64,000 nt of DNA from Candidatus Oxydemutatoraceae bacterium (GCA_965218975.1 OZ244717.1:288001-352000), one strand, 5' to 3'; positions 9,683 through 20,644 are shown, counted from the stretch's first letter. Numbers and translations are program-made. The notes: a model not told the origin generated them from the letters alone.

Positions 9683-11236
9683 GTGGCTAATACAGAGTTT
9701 CAAACCCCCGAGTTTCGTGAATATCGCATCATTCCTAAATTACGGAAAAATGTGATGCGCCACAGCGCTCCATACACCGCCAAGCCGGAATTTCAAAAAC
9801 CGCTTGGTTTCCCGGGTGAGTTGGTTGATAACTGGGAGGAAGTCGCGGTTACCAAGCTTGGCGAAATGACGCAAAAATATCGCTCGCTTAAGGTATTTCT
9901 TGATTCGTGCGTAAAATGCGGCGCTTGCACGGATAAATGCCATTATTACTTGGGCACGGCTGATCCCAACAATATGCCGGTTGCGCGCCAAGATCTGTTG
10001 CGCAAAGTATACCGGCGTTATTACACTTTCAGCGGCAAGTATTTTCCGAAGCTAGTCGGTGCGGAGGATATGACAAAAAAAGTTTTGGACGAATGGTGGA
10101 CCTATTTTCATCAGTGTTCACAATGTCGGCGTTGTTCGGTTTATTGTCCGTATGGAATCGATACCGCAGAGATTTCTATGGCGGCACGTGAGATTATGGA
10201 TCATGTTGGGAAAGGGCAGAAATACTGCAATGAGATTATCGGGAAAGTACATGCGATCGGCAATAATCTCGGGTTACCCGAACCGGCTTTGCGCGATACT
10301 CTTGAAGGGCTTGAAGAAGAAGTGCTTGAGGATACCGGGGCGAATGTTCGTTTCCCGCTGGATGAAAAAGGCGCCGACGTTTTATTGGTAACACCGTCGG
10401 CAGATTTTTTTGCCGAACCGCATGTGGACGGTTTAATCGGTTACGCCAAAGTATTTCATCAGGCACGGATTCGTTGGACGCTAAGTTCGTATGCCAGCGA
10501 GGCGGCGAATTTTGGTATGTTTATCGGCAGTTATGAAAATATGCGTAGTTTGGCGTTACGTATCCGAGAGGCTGCTTTGAAATTGGGAGTCAAACGAATT
10601 GTTTTCGGCGAGTGCGGTCATGCGTGGCGAGTTGCGTATAGTTTTCTAAATACTTTAGCGGGACCTTTTGATTTTCTTGATCCGGACTATCCGGTGCCGC
10701 AGCATATTTGCGAAGTAACGTACGATTTGATACGGCAAGACAAATTAACACTTGATCCTTCGCAGAATGACGACATGGTGTTGACTTACCATGATTCGTG
10801 TAATGTGGCACGTGCTTCACGGATGGGAAAGACTCCCGGCGGACAATTTGAAATCCCGCGTGAAATTATCAGAGCGTGTTGCAATCACTTTTATGATATG
10901 CCTGCGGATACGGTTCGCGAGGGGACTTATTGTTGCGGCGGCGGCGGTGGTTTGCTGACTGATGATTTGGTTGAATTGCGAGTTAAGGGGGCTTTGCCGC
11001 GGATGGAAGCGCTGAAAGAAGTTGTTGATGAGTATCGGGTGACCCATATGGCGGCAATTTGCGCAATTTGTAAAAGCCAATTCTCAAAAGTTTTGCCGTA
11101 TTATGGCTTTGAAATGGATCAAATCGTTAGCGTTCATCAGTTGGTGAGTAACGCCATTGTTTTAGAACCGGATGCCGGTTCGGCTGTCGCGGCGGCGGCA
11201 GCAGAAAGCGAGCAATTGCCGGAAGAAGTGGCGTAG
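9683..11236 (+). CDS. dsrK: DsrK Fe-S protein (HdrD-like)
   Basis: CVKCGAC, CSQCRRC, YHDSC, CCGGGGG (CCG domain). Confidence 0.95.
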   Translation: MANTEFQTPEFREYRIIPKLRKNVMRHSAPYTAKPEFQKPLGFPGELVDNWEEVAVTKLGEMTQKYRSLKVFLDSCVKCGACTDKCHYYLGTADPNNMPVARQDLLRKVYRRYYTFSGKYFPKLVGAEDMTKKVLDEWWTYFHQCSQCRRCSVYCPYGIDTAEISMAAREIMDHVGKGQKYCNEIIGKVHAIGNNLGLPEPALRDTLEGLEEEVLEDTGANVRFPLDEKGADVLLVTPSADFFAEPHVDGLIGYAKVFHQARIRWTLSSYASEAANFGMFIGSYENMRSLALRIREAALKLGVKRIVFGECGHAWRVAYSFLNTLAGPFDFLDPDYPVPQHICEVTYDLIRQDKLTLDPSQNDDMVLTYHDSCNVARASRMGKTPGGQFEIPREIIRACCNHFYDMPADTVREGTYCCGGGGGLLTDDLVELRVKGALPRMEALKEVVDEYRVTHMAAICAICKSQFSKVLPYYGFEMDQIVSVHQLVSNAIVLEPDAGSAVAAAAAESEQLPEEVA

Positions 11237-11321
11237 TGTCATATCGTAAAAAGTTTATATTAAGAAGCATTGAGCCAATGAATAGGATCAATCCTAAAAT
11301 TACTTTAGCAGGAGCATTAAG

Positions 11322-13280
11322 ATGCTAGTGAATAATGCGGCGCAAAAAATTGAGCAGAAACTTACTTTTAGAAAATTTAAAGATGGTGAAAACAAGTGGG
11401 AGAGTTTAAACGAACAGATTTTCAAGGCAGACCGCTCGCATAAGTGTCCGACATACGTACACCGCACTCCGCCATGTCAAGGCAGCTGTCCGTCCGGCGA
11501 AGATATTCGCGGCTGGTTGTCGATTGTGCGTGGGATCGAGAAACCCGGCGAAGGTGCTTCAATGCAGGAATATGCGTTTCAGCGTTCGACTGCGGCTAAT
11601 CCTTTTCCGTCCATGATGGGACGTGTATGTCCGGCACCGTGTCAGGTCGGCTGTAACCGCAATCATGTTGAGGATTTTGTCGGGATTAATGCGGTTGAAC
11701 AATATATAGGTGATTACGCCTATAAAAATGGGTATGAATTCAAAGACATTTCCGCGGTAGGCGATAAGAGAGTGGCGATTATCGGAGGCGGTCCCGCCGG
11801 CTTGTCCGCGGCATATCATTTGCGTCGCAAAGGTCATGCAAGTGTCATTTTTGAACTTCAAGAGGAGCTCGGCGGAATGATGTATTACGGTATCCCGGGA
11901 TACCGGACACCGCGCGGGATACTTAAACATGAGATTCAACGGATTCTGAATATGGGGAATATCGAGGTGCATACATCGGTGCAAGTAGGTAAGGATATTC
12001 AGGTGAGTGATATTGAAAAAGAGTACGATGCGATTATTTGGTGCATTGGCTGCCAGTCGGGACGTGCTTTGCCGATACCGGGCGGCGACGCGCCAAACTG
12101 TGTTTCGGGTGTGAAATTTCTTGAAGCCTTTAACAAAGGCATTTTGCAGGTTGCGTCAAATCGCGTCGCTTGCGTGGGCGGGGGTGATACGTCAATTGAT
12201 GTGGTATCGGTTGCCAGACGCTTGGGCAAGATTGAATCTTTGGACAAAAAAATGTATCCCGAGCATGTGGTCGGCGGGTATGTTGCGCATGATGCCGCTT
12301 TTGCTGCCGCCCGTGAGGGTGCGCAAGTAACTCTGACTTCATTATTTTCCCGCGAGGAAATGACTGCCAGTGAAGCAGAAGTGCAAGATGCTTTAAAGGA
12401 AGGCGTCAAAATTATTAATGGGGTCATGCCGGTAGAAGTTGTACTCGATGGCGCCGGACGAGCTACGGCATTGCGAATGACAAAATGTAAAATGATTGAG
12501 GGCAAGCCGGTTGCAGAAGAAGGTGGCGAAATTGAGATTCCCTGCGATCTGTTGGTTTCGGCCATCGGACAAGGCGGTAACTTAAACGGTTTAACCGAGT
12601 TTAATAACGGACGCGGTCTGATGGATGTAGATAAATTCTATGCGATTCCGGAGCATCAGGGGCATTTTGCCGCCGGCGATATTATTCGCCCGCATTTATT
12701 AACGACTGCTATCGGACAAGGTTCGATTGCGGCAGACAGCGTCGATTTTTACCTGCGTGAGACTGAAGCCGGCAAACGACCTAAGGTTGATGTGCATCAC
12801 TTTAATCTACTTGATAAATTAAAAGAACATAATCTTGAACCTGATAAATTTGAAGGTGGCGGTCAATGGGGAACTTGCGCCGCTGATTTTTCATTACATA
12901 ATTACGAAGATCGATCCGGCCAGGAAATCATCCCTCCCGAGAAATTATTTTTAGGTCATTTTAGTTATGTCGAGCAGAAGGAACGTGAAGGTTGCGGGCC
13001 CGGTTTGGACCAAGTATTGGGACATTTTGAAGAACGGGTAATGGGGCTTGATGATAACGATGCGGTTGAAGAAGCCAACCGGTGTATGAGTTGCGGGATG
13101 TGTTTTGAATGCGATAACTGTGTCATTTTCTGTCCGCAGGATGCGGTTTTTCGTGTTGATAAGAATAAAAGTACTACCGGACGCTATGTTGATACCAATT
13201 ATGATCGCTGTATCGGTTGCCACATATGTGCGGATGTATGTCCGACCGGCTATATCGATATGGCATTGGGTGATCATTAA
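11322..13280 (+). CDS. dsrL: DsrL iron-sulfur flavoprotein
   Basis: SHKCPTY, GGGPAG FAD motif, GGGDTSIDV, C-terminal ferredoxin motifs CMSCGMCFECDNC and CIGCHICADVCP. Confidence 0.95.
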   Translation: MLVNNAAQKIEQKLTFRKFKDGENKWESLNEQIFKADRSHKCPTYVHRTPPCQGSCPSGEDIRGWLSIVRGIEKPGEGASMQEYAFQRSTAANPFPSMMGRVCPAPCQVGCNRNHVEDFVGINAVEQYIGDYAYKNGYEFKDISAVGDKRVAIIGGGPAGLSAAYHLRRKGHASVIFELQEELGGMMYYGIPGYRTPRGILKHEIQRILNMGNIEVHTSVQVGKDIQVSDIEKEYDAIIWCIGCQSGRALPIPGGDAPNCVSGVKFLEAFNKGILQVASNRVACVGGGDTSIDVVSVARRLGKIESLDKKMYPEHVVGGYVAHDAAFAAAREGAQVTLTSLFSREEMTASEAEVQDALKEGVKIINGVMPVEVVLDGAGRATALRMTKCKMIEGKPVAEEGGEIEIPCDLLVSAIGQGGNLNGLTEFNNGRGLMDVDKFYAIPEHQGHFAAGDIIRPHLLTTAIGQGSIAADSVDFYLRETEAGKRPKVDVHHFNLLDKLKEHNLEPDKFEGGGQWGTCAADFSLHNYEDRSGQEIIPPEKLFLGHFSYVEQKEREGCGPGLDQVLGHFEERVMGLDDNDAVEEANRCMSCGMCFECDNCVIFCPQDAVFRVDKNKSTTGRYVDTNYDRCIGCHICADVCPTGYIDMALGDH

Positions 13281-13295
13281 GCGTGATTGATATTG

Positions 13296-13757
13296 ATGCG
13301 CCATGTGCTGATTTTTTCTATTGTATCGATGGTGGTTTTTGCCGCTTTGCTCGGAGGCATTACTTTCGCCGATTCCGAACGTAGCAGTCTGCTACCGAAA
13401 TTACCTCTTGCAAAAGGCGAGCGGTGTGTTGAGCCGACCGAAATAATGCGTCGCCGACACATGGACTTTCTTTTGCATCAACGTGACCTCACTGTCGTAA
13501 AAGGGATTCGTACTGAAAAATATCGGTTTGTGAATTGCCTTAATTGCCATGTGCTGCCTGATGCGGAGGGTCGCTACGCGCGACATACCGATACTGAACA
13601 TTTCTGTACCGGATGCCATCAATTCAGCGCGGTGAAGATAGATTGCTTCCAATGTCATGCCGACAGACCGGAAGAAGCCTTTGCAGCAAAAGTCGTCCGG
13701 CCATCATTAAATGATGAAATGACAGATGCTTTACGGCATCGTTCGCAGTCGCAATGA
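13296..13757 (+). CDS. dsrJ: DsrJ triheme cytochrome c
   Basis: N-terminal anchor; three CxxCH motifs (CLNCH, CTGCH, CFQCH); MRRRHMD. Confidence 0.93.
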   Translation: MRHVLIFSIVSMVVFAALLGGITFADSERSSLLPKLPLAKGERCVEPTEIMRRRHMDFLLHQRDLTVVKGIRTEKYRFVNCLNCHVLPDAEGRYARHTDTEHFCTGCHQFSAVKIDCFQCHADRPEEAFAAKVVRPSLNDEMTDALRHRSQSQ

Positions 13758-14515
13758 AAGATACCGTATCACTTCAACCGTCTGATCGCAGTCGCCGTAG
13801 TTTTTTGAAAAGCGGGGCTGCTTTTGCCGGTAGCGCCGCTATCGCTCCCGGTGTTTTTCTCTATAGCGTGAGTCAAGCAAGGCCCTTGGATAAAGCAGTT
13901 ACCGATTCTGTGCGGTGGGGGATGTTGGTTGATACCAATCGTTGCGCCGAAGGCTGTAGCGAGTGCGTTACAGCGTGTAACGAAGAGCACGGATTAAACG
14001 GGACGAATCGTCCGTCAACCGATGCGCAATGGATACGCAAGCTCACTATCCGTGATAAAAAAGCCGGATTCAAGAAGTCGTTTCCGGTCATGTGCCAGCA
14101 TTGCGAGTCTCCTCCTTGTGTGGATGTTTGTCCGACCGGCGCCTCTTTTAAGCGTGCCGACGGCATTGTGTTGGTCGACAAGCACACCTGTATTGGTTGC
14201 CGTTATTGCATGATGGCTTGTCCTTACAAAGCGCGTTCATTCATTCACGAAACATTGCACGATCAGTTGCCCCATGCGCCGAGAGGGAAAGGCACAGTCG
14301 AGAGTTGCACTTTCTGTGTTCACAAGCTGGATCGCAACGAAGGTACCACTGCTTGTGTTCAGGCTTGTGAACATGCCGGGCACCGAGCTTTGATATTCGG
14401 TGATTTGAATGATCCGAAAAGTGAAATATCGTCGCGCTTGAAAGAGTATGGCGCGATGCAGATTCGATCGGATCTCGGTTTGAATACCGGAGTACGTTAT
14501 CAGGGGCTGCTATGA
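13754..14515 (+). CDS. dsrO: DsrO periplasmic Fe-S protein
   Basis: Tat motif SRRSFLK; CQHCESPPCVDVCP, CIGCRYCMMACPY. Confidence 0.94.
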   Translation: MKDTVSLQPSDRSRRSFLKSGAAFAGSAAIAPGVFLYSVSQARPLDKAVTDSVRWGMLVDTNRCAEGCSECVTACNEEHGLNGTNRPSTDAQWIRKLTIRDKKAGFKKSFPVMCQHCESPPCVDVCPTGASFKRADGIVLVDKHTCIGCRYCMMACPYKARSFIHETLHDQLPHAPRGKGTVESCTFCVHKLDRNEGTTACVQACEHAGHRALIFGDLNDPKSEISSRLKEYGAMQIRSDLGLNTGVRYQGLL

Positions 14516-15720
14516 GACCGGTACGTTTTGCCGCGCTTTCAGCGGATAACATCGGTTACTACTTGTGGCTCAGCGGCTTCGGATTGCTCTCTATGATAGG
14601 AGTCGCAGCGGCTTGGTACATGGAACACCACGGGCATTATGTGACGAATATGAATAATCAGATTGTTTGGGGCGCTCCGCATGTATTCGCAATTTTTCTG
14701 ATAGTGATTGCTTCCGGAGTGTTGAATGTGGCATCCATAGCCTCTGTTTTCGGAAAAATAGATTACAAACCTTTAGCCCGGCTGTCGGCGCTGCTTGCCA
14801 TAGTATTTTTAGCAGGTGGTCTCGCAGTGTTGGTACTGGACTTAGGCCGCCCCGACCGCTTGATTATTGCAATGACTTATTATAACTTTAAGTCGATATT
14901 CGCTTGGAATATTATTCTTTATACCGGATTTTTTGCCGTTGTGATCATTTACCTTTGGACGATGTTTGAGCGACGAATGCATCGATATGCAAAGTTCGGC
15001 GGAACAGTCGCATTAATTTGGCGCTTGATTCTAACCACAGGCACCGGGGCTATTTTTGGCTTTTTGGTTGCACGCCAAGCATATGATGCTGCTATTATGG
15101 CGCCATTGTTTATTGCGATGTCATTTTCATCGGGTTTGGCAGCTTTCATTTTGGTGTTAATGACGACATTTTACCTGTCAAACCGCGTACTCGGCGATTA
15201 TATTTTGCTTAAATTGCGTAATCTTTTAGGCGTGTTTGTTGCGACTGTTTTATATTTTACATTGGTATACAACCTGACCAATCTTTATGCGACGGAACAC
15301 CACGGCATTGAAATATTCCTGCTTAAAGAGGGGGGAATTTATCCGTTACTATTTTGGGTCGGGCAAATTGGCATCGGGAGCGTCATTCCGCTGATTTTGT
15401 TTTATTCGTTTCCGTTCGGAAACTGCCGTTTGACGACAATGTTTGGGAGTGTTTTAGTACTGGTCGGAATACTTCTACAAGTTTATGTTATTGTAATCGG
15501 CGGTCAGGCATATCCGTTGGTTCTGTTCCCCGGACTGGAGGAGAGCAGTAGCTTTTTTGATGGCGCCATCACTTCTTATACACCTAGCTTGCCGGAGGTT
15601 CTACTAGGGATCGGCGGGATTGGTATTGCACTCGCGCTGCTGGTGTTTATGCTCGGAGTATTAGACTTTTTACCGGAGAATCTTTCCGACGCGCAATTTG
15701 ATATACCGGCGGCCGGCTAA
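14512..15720 (+). CDS. dsrP: DsrP NrfD-family membrane protein
   Basis: Polytopic membrane protein; LDLGRPDRL; follows dsrO. Confidence 0.93.
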   Translation: MRPVRFAALSADNIGYYLWLSGFGLLSMIGVAAAWYMEHHGHYVTNMNNQIVWGAPHVFAIFLIVIASGVLNVASIASVFGKIDYKPLARLSALLAIVFLAGGLAVLVLDLGRPDRLIIAMTYYNFKSIFAWNIILYTGFFAVVIIYLWTMFERRMHRYAKFGGTVALIWRLILTTGTGAIFGFLVARQAYDAAIMAPLFIAMSFSSGLAAFILVLMTTFYLSNRVLGDYILLKLRNLLGVFVATVLYFTLVYNLTNLYATEHHGIEIFLLKEGGIYPLLFWVGQIGIGSVIPLILFYSFPFGNCRLTTMFGSVLVLVGILLQVYVIVIGGQAYPLVLFPGLEESSSFFDGAITSYTPSLPEVLLGIGGIGIALALLVFMLGVLDFLPENLSDAQFDIPAAG

Positions 15721-15764
15721 AGATCCTCGGCGGCAGCTAGAATTGACGGTTGTGGAGAACAGCA

Positions 15765-17186
15765 ATGAAGCTACTTGTCAGCGCAACGCGTAAATCGTCG
15801 GGTAAAACTGCTTTTTGCGTCGGTTTTTTGGCGGCATTACGCCGGCGTGGTATTCCGGTTCAGCCGTTTAAGAAGGGCCCCGATTATATTGATCCGCAGT
15901 GGTTGTCGCTTGCCGCTGATAAGCCATGTTACAACCTTGATTTTCATGTCCAAACCGATAATGAAATAACAACATTCTTTGACCGTAGAAGGCAAGATGC
16001 TTTCGCAGTTGTTGAAGCCAACAAAGGTTTGTATGATGGGGTGTCATCGGATGGCTGTGATAGTAACGCAGCGTTGGCGTATTTATTGAATCTTCCGGTT
16101 TTATTGGTGCTTGATTGCAACGGTACGACACGTGGTATCGCGCCATTATTACAGGGCTATTTAAATTTTGATAATCGGATAAAGATTATCGGTGTGGTAT
16201 TAAATAAAGTTGGTGGCGACCGTCATCGGAACAAACTGGAAACAATCATTCGCATGCATGTCGGAATACCGGTGAAGGGAGCTATTATGCGTGATACGCG
16301 TATGGAATTACTTGAACGACATTTAGGTTTGGTGCCGGAAAATGAGAGGGGAGATGCGGCGACAATTGTCGAAAAAATGCGGGCTGCGGTTGAAGAACAA
16401 GTCAATTGCGGTGAAGTGTTGGGGTTGGCATTTCATTCGGACAAAAAAGACAAAGGAAGCATGACTTCGCAAAGAAATAAAGTCATACTCTCATTGAGCG
16501 ACACTGAGCGAGTCAGTGTTTTGCCGCAAAGCCGATTCCGGCTAGGAATATTCCGCGATCAAGCGTTTGGATTTTATTATCCGGATGATTTGGAATCTTT
16601 ACAACAACATGGCGCAGAGCTGGTTTTCATTGACAGCTTACATGACATCAATTTGCCGCCGGTGGACGGACTTTTAATCGGCGGCGGATTTCCTGAGACT
16701 CAAGCGAGTTTGTTACAGGCAAACTGTAGTTTACGTGAGCAAGTCAAACAAGCGATTGAAGCGGGTCTACCGGTATATGCCGAGTGCGGCGGGCTAATGT
16801 ATTTGACGAGAAGTATCACATGGCAAGGGCAAAAGTACGCGATGTCCGATGTACTACCGGCAGATACTATTATGCATGATACGCCGCAAGGCAGGGGCTA
16901 TACTCGGGTATATGAAACCGAAGCGATGCTCTGGGGCTCGGTTCAGGAAGGAGAAAGCAATATGATTTGCGGACATGAATTTCACTACTCTGAGATTATT
17001 GATTTACCGCAGTCCACATCAATGGCATTTGATATGTTGCGCGGCGGAGGGATTGCCAACGGTAAAGACGGCATTGTTTACAAGAACCTGCTTGCAACCT
17101 ACTTGCATCAACGGTCAACGCAGGCTAATCCGTGGACGAAGCGGTTTGCTGAATTTATTCTAGCGTGTAAATCGGGTAATGATTGA
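15765..17186 (+). CDS. dsrN: DsrN siroheme amidase (CbiA/CobB family)
   Basis: KSSGKT, FKKGPDYIDP, AECGGLMYL glutamine amidotransferase Cys, HEFHYS. Confidence 0.9.
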   Translation: MKLLVSATRKSSGKTAFCVGFLAALRRRGIPVQPFKKGPDYIDPQWLSLAADKPCYNLDFHVQTDNEITTFFDRRRQDAFAVVEANKGLYDGVSSDGCDSNAALAYLLNLPVLLVLDCNGTTRGIAPLLQGYLNFDNRIKIIGVVLNKVGGDRHRNKLETIIRMHVGIPVKGAIMRDTRMELLERHLGLVPENERGDAATIVEKMRAAVEEQVNCGEVLGLAFHSDKKDKGSMTSQRNKVILSLSDTERVSVLPQSRFRLGIFRDQAFGFYYPDDLESLQQHGAELVFIDSLHDINLPPVDGLLIGGGFPETQASLLQANCSLREQVKQAIEAGLPVYAECGGLMYLTRSITWQGQKYAMSDVLPADTIMHDTPQGRGYTRVYETEAMLWGSVQEGESNMICGHEFHYSEIIDLPQSTSMAFDMLRGGGIANGKDGIVYKNLLATYLHQRSTQANPWTKRFAEFILACKSGND

Positions 17187-17194
17187 AAGCGGGT

Positions 17195-18427
17195 ATGAGC
17201 ACGACATTCAGTGAGAATCATCTCGGTAAAAGAATTCGCTCTCGCGACAATGCCTTAGTAAGGTCTTTGATTCGGCAAGGGTGTAGAACGGAATACGACC
17301 ATGGCATATTGTATTTGATTGATACGTTTTGGACTTCGCGTCAGAGACAAGGGCATAGTTTGCATGAAATTAGCTATCGCGCTTGCTTTAAGCCACAGCT
17401 GCCGGAATTCTTTATTAATCGCCTTACGACAGAAAGCGATAGAGTATTTGATCCGTTTATGGGACGCGGTACGACTCCGGTCCAAGCCGCATTGATGCGA
17501 AGACAGCCTGTAGGAAGCGATCAAAACCCATTATGCGTCATGCTGACGCGCCCGCGGTTATGTCCGCCGACGCCTGTAGCGATTAAGGAACGCTTATCAC
17601 GGATTGATCTGACAACAGCATTGGTTGACGACGTGAAGGATGATTTAACAGAGTTTTATCACCCCGAAACATTGGTGCAGATTCAGTCCTTAAAAAATTA
17701 TCTGTTAGAAAGAGACAGTCAAGGATCATTGGATTCGGTAGACGATTGGATTCGGATGGTTGCGATTAACCGCCTGACGGGACATTCGCCGGGATTTTTC
17801 TCAGTGCGGACAATGCCGCCGAATCAAGCGGTATCTATTGCATCGCAGAGAAAAATAAATCGTAAATCCGAAGTCATGCCGGCTGCTAAAAATATCCGAA
17901 TGATTATTTTAAATAAAACCAAAAGCTTGTTGCGTTCAGGTATACCGCAAGACTTTGGTCGAAACGAAAGCCGTGGTTTGTTACGTTGTTCCGCCGCCGA
18001 TAATTTATCGTTCCTTGCGACTGCAAGCGTTACTTTAGTTGTTACTTCTCCTCCGTTTTTGAATGCGGTGGATTACCGCAAAGACAATTGGCTGCGTTGT
18101 TGGTTTGCCGGGATTGACAGTCCGGCACTTCCTTTGTCACTGCACATCTCTGTTGAACGCTGGAAGATATTTATCCGCGATACTTTCAAAGCGCTAGTCA
18201 GGGTCGTGCAGCCCGGCGGCTATGTTATTTTCGAAGTCGGCGAGGTGAACAAAGGTTCCGTATTACTCGACCAAGTTGTGAAGGATGCCATTGCAGGATT
18301 GCCGTTGCACATCCATGCGGTGATGATTAACGATCAACGCTTCACTAAAACTTCCAACTGTTGGGGCATCACGAATAATCAAATCGGTACCAACACGAAC
18401 CGAATACTCATCACACAGCGAGCGTGA
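17195..18427 (+). CDS. orphan amino-DNA methyltransferase (N4mC/N6mA type)
   Basis: Motif I DPFMGRGTT precedes motif IV VTSPPF; no adjacent restriction nuclease seen. Confidence 0.8.
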   Translation: MSTTFSENHLGKRIRSRDNALVRSLIRQGCRTEYDHGILYLIDTFWTSRQRQGHSLHEISYRACFKPQLPEFFINRLTTESDRVFDPFMGRGTTPVQAALMRRQPVGSDQNPLCVMLTRPRLCPPTPVAIKERLSRIDLTTALVDDVKDDLTEFYHPETLVQIQSLKNYLLERDSQGSLDSVDDWIRMVAINRLTGHSPGFFSVRTMPPNQAVSIASQRKINRKSEVMPAAKNIRMIILNKTKSLLRSGIPQDFGRNESRGLLRCSAADNLSFLATASVTLVVTSPPFLNAVDYRKDNWLRCWFAGIDSPALPLSLHISVERWKIFIRDTFKALVRVVQPGGYVIFEVGEVNKGSVLLDQVVKDAIAGLPLHIHAVMINDQRFTKTSNCWGITNNQIGTNTNRILITQRA

Positions 18428-18678
18428 AGATTTGATAGACTGTTCTTTGTATGTGTATGCCACATAATTTTTAACGATGTTTTTAATGCGTGCCGGAAAC
18501 GAGGTTTGTCTTGTTTGGTTTTTGTTGTATCAGGGAGAACAAATAATGAAAGCCGGTTACTACAAAAGCAAATCGGACGTTAAAAGAGACGGTAACGGAG
18601 TAACGAAGTAATACCTGTGCTCTATAGACATGGTGAAAGGCATTTTTCAATCGCTGGAACTTCTTACTACGGCTTGCT

Positions 18679-19344
18679 TTAACCGATGGTATCTTTTTCT
18701 TTGTTCGCGCGCATTTCTAGCGTTTTTCCATGATCGCATAAATCCCGGATCAGGCATTTACGACATCGCGGTTTACGTGCAACGCACACGTAACGTCCGT
18801 GCAGTATCAGCCAATGATGAGCATGCCGCTTAAATTTATCGGGCACATATTTCAGCAAATTTTTTTCAACCTGCAAAGGGGTTTTACCCGGCGCAATGCC
18901 GGTAAGATTTGATACGCGAAAGATATGTGTATCAACAGCAATGGTTGATTCGCCGAAGGCAGTATTCAAAATCACGTTGGCGGTTTTACGGCCGACACCG
19001 GGAAGTTCTTCCAATGCGCAGCGGGTACGGGGAACTCTACCGCCATGCCGGTCGCATAATTGTTTGCAGGTTTTCATAATATTGGCAGACTTGGTATTAA
19101 ATAAGCCAATGTTTTTGATATAGGTTTTGAACTGCGTCTCGCCTAATGCCAACATTTTTTTCGGCGTGTTGGCAACTTTATATAATGCTTTGGTTGCCTT
19201 GTTGACGCTGATATCGGTTGCCTGTGCCGATAGAATCACGGCAATCAACAATTCAAAGTTTGATTTATAGCGTAATTCGGTTATCGGTTTCGGGTTCATT
19301 TTCTGAAATCGCTGAAAAATTTTGTTGCGAGTGTGACGGTCCAT
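18679..19344 (-). CDS. nth: endonuclease III
   Basis: LSAQATD, HhH LPGVGRKTA, VDTH, CxxxxxxCxxCxxxxxC Fe-S motif. Confidence 0.96.
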   Translation of the reverse strand: MDRHTRNKIFQRFQKMNPKPITELRYKSNFELLIAVILSAQATDISVNKATKALYKVANTPKKMLALGETQFKTYIKNIGLFNTKSANIMKTCKQLCDRHGGRVPRTRCALEELPGVGRKTANVILNTAFGESTIAVDTHIFRVSNLTGIAPGKTPLQVEKNLLKYVPDKFKRHAHHWLILHGRYVCVARKPRCRKCLIRDLCDHGKTLEMRANKEKDTIG

Positions 19345-19994
19345 TATTTTTTATTCAAAGCCTTGTGTATGGTGATCAACAAAGCGCAAGAAAAAAATGC
19401 GCCTGCAGGCAGTAGTGCGGGGATGAACCCCGGGTAGCCGGGCAAAGCGATGCGCAGCGCGTCGGCCGTTAATCCGAACAATAGTCCCAATCCGTCAAAT
19501 AATCTGCCGCTACCAAACAATTCACGTATCGTACCTAGTGCGATTAGGGTGATTAAAAAGCCGATACCTGTCAGTAATCCGTCTAATGCGGCCGGTATGA
19601 CGTCGTGTTTGCTTGCAAATGATTCGGCGCGGGCGATGATAATACAATTCGTTACAATCAACGGAATAAATAGACCGATCGTATGATGTGCATCATAGAA
19701 ATAAGTTTCCAACAATAAATCGATTATACCTACCCATCCGCCGATGATTACCATAAAAACCGGCAACCGCACTTCGCTCGGGATAACATTGCGTAACAAT
19801 GAAACAAAAGTTCCGCTTAACGATACGACAAACAAGCTTGCAAGTCCAAGTATCAGACCGTTTGCGACGGTGTTGGTTACCGCAAGCAGCGGGCATAAAC
19901 CAAGTAACTGTACCAGTCCGACATTATCGGCCCAAACGCTTTTAAGCTGTTGCGCAAAGCTTGGTTGTATGTAAGAGTCTGCTGCTTGTTGCAT
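19344..19994 (-). CDS. rnfE: Rnf/Rsx complex subunit E
   Basis: LGLCPLLAVT, FIPLIVTNC. Confidence 0.93.
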   Translation of the reverse strand: MQQAADSYIQPSFAQQLKSVWADNVGLVQLLGLCPLLAVTNTVANGLILGLASLFVVSLSGTFVSLLRNVIPSEVRLPVFMVIIGGWVGIIDLLLETYFYDAHHTIGLFIPLIVTNCIIIARAESFASKHDVIPAALDGLLTGIGFLITLIALGTIRELFGSGRLFDGLGLLFGLTADALRIALPGYPGFIPALLPAGAFFSCALLITIHKALNKK

Positions 19995-20047
19995 TGATAA
20001 AAAAAACCGTTGTCAGTTTTATCACCGGAGCTTTACCGTCGGATGTT

Positions 20048-20644
20048 TCATTGTAAAACATCCAAGTATGGCTGTAACTCCGACATTGTATCCCGCATAA
20101 CGTTTAAGACTGCTTTTGCGGTGACAGTTGCTCCGGTTAAATGGTTAAAATCTCCGTTTTCAAATTGGCCGCGCAAACGCCAAGCATTAGGTTCGGATTC
20201 TATGGATAGACCGATTAACCCCCTTAGCCAATCACTTTTGCGTCGTTCAATGCGATCGCCAAGTCCGGGTGTTTCGTGGTGTTCGATGACACGGACATTA
20301 GATATTTTGCCTTGCGCATCAATTCCCGCAAGGAGTCGAATATCGTCGTTATAGCCGTCGGGGGCGATTACTTCAATGACGACACCATGATAAACACCGG
20401 ATAAATTAATTGGGTAAATTGCTTGTAATCTTGCATTCGTATCAGGTTGATATGCAGTCGCTTGCCAAGCATGAGCTTCCGGCACCGCGTACGGTGCGAC
20501 CGAATTCAATATCCGGGTGAAGCGTATTTGCGCTTCGCGATCACGCTTTTCCGCAGTTATCTCTGCGATTGACATCAAAATACCGATTACTATCGCGGCA
20601 AAAATTGTCAGGCGAAGTGCAGGCTGTAGAAAGTTTCGTTTCAT
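20048..20644 (-). CDS. rnfG: Rnf/Rsx complex subunit G
   Basis: APDGYN, HHETPGLGD, FMN-attachment motif TGAT. Confidence 0.93.
   Translation of the reverse strand: MKRNFLQPALRLTIFAAIVIGILMSIAEITAEKRDREAQIRFTRILNSVAPYAVPEAHAWQATAYQPDTNARLQAIYPINLSGVYHGVVIEVIAPDGYNDDIRLLAGIDAQGKISNVRVIEHHETPGLGDRIERRKSDWLRGLIGLSIESEPNAWRLRGQFENGDFNHLTGATVTAKAVLNVMRDTMSELQPYLDVLQ

Noticed and set aside
18546-18611. 21-codon ORF MKAGYYKSKSDVKRDGNGVTK with a GGAG RBS
   Set aside because: Too short and without recognisable homology; possibly a gene relic but cannot be supported.
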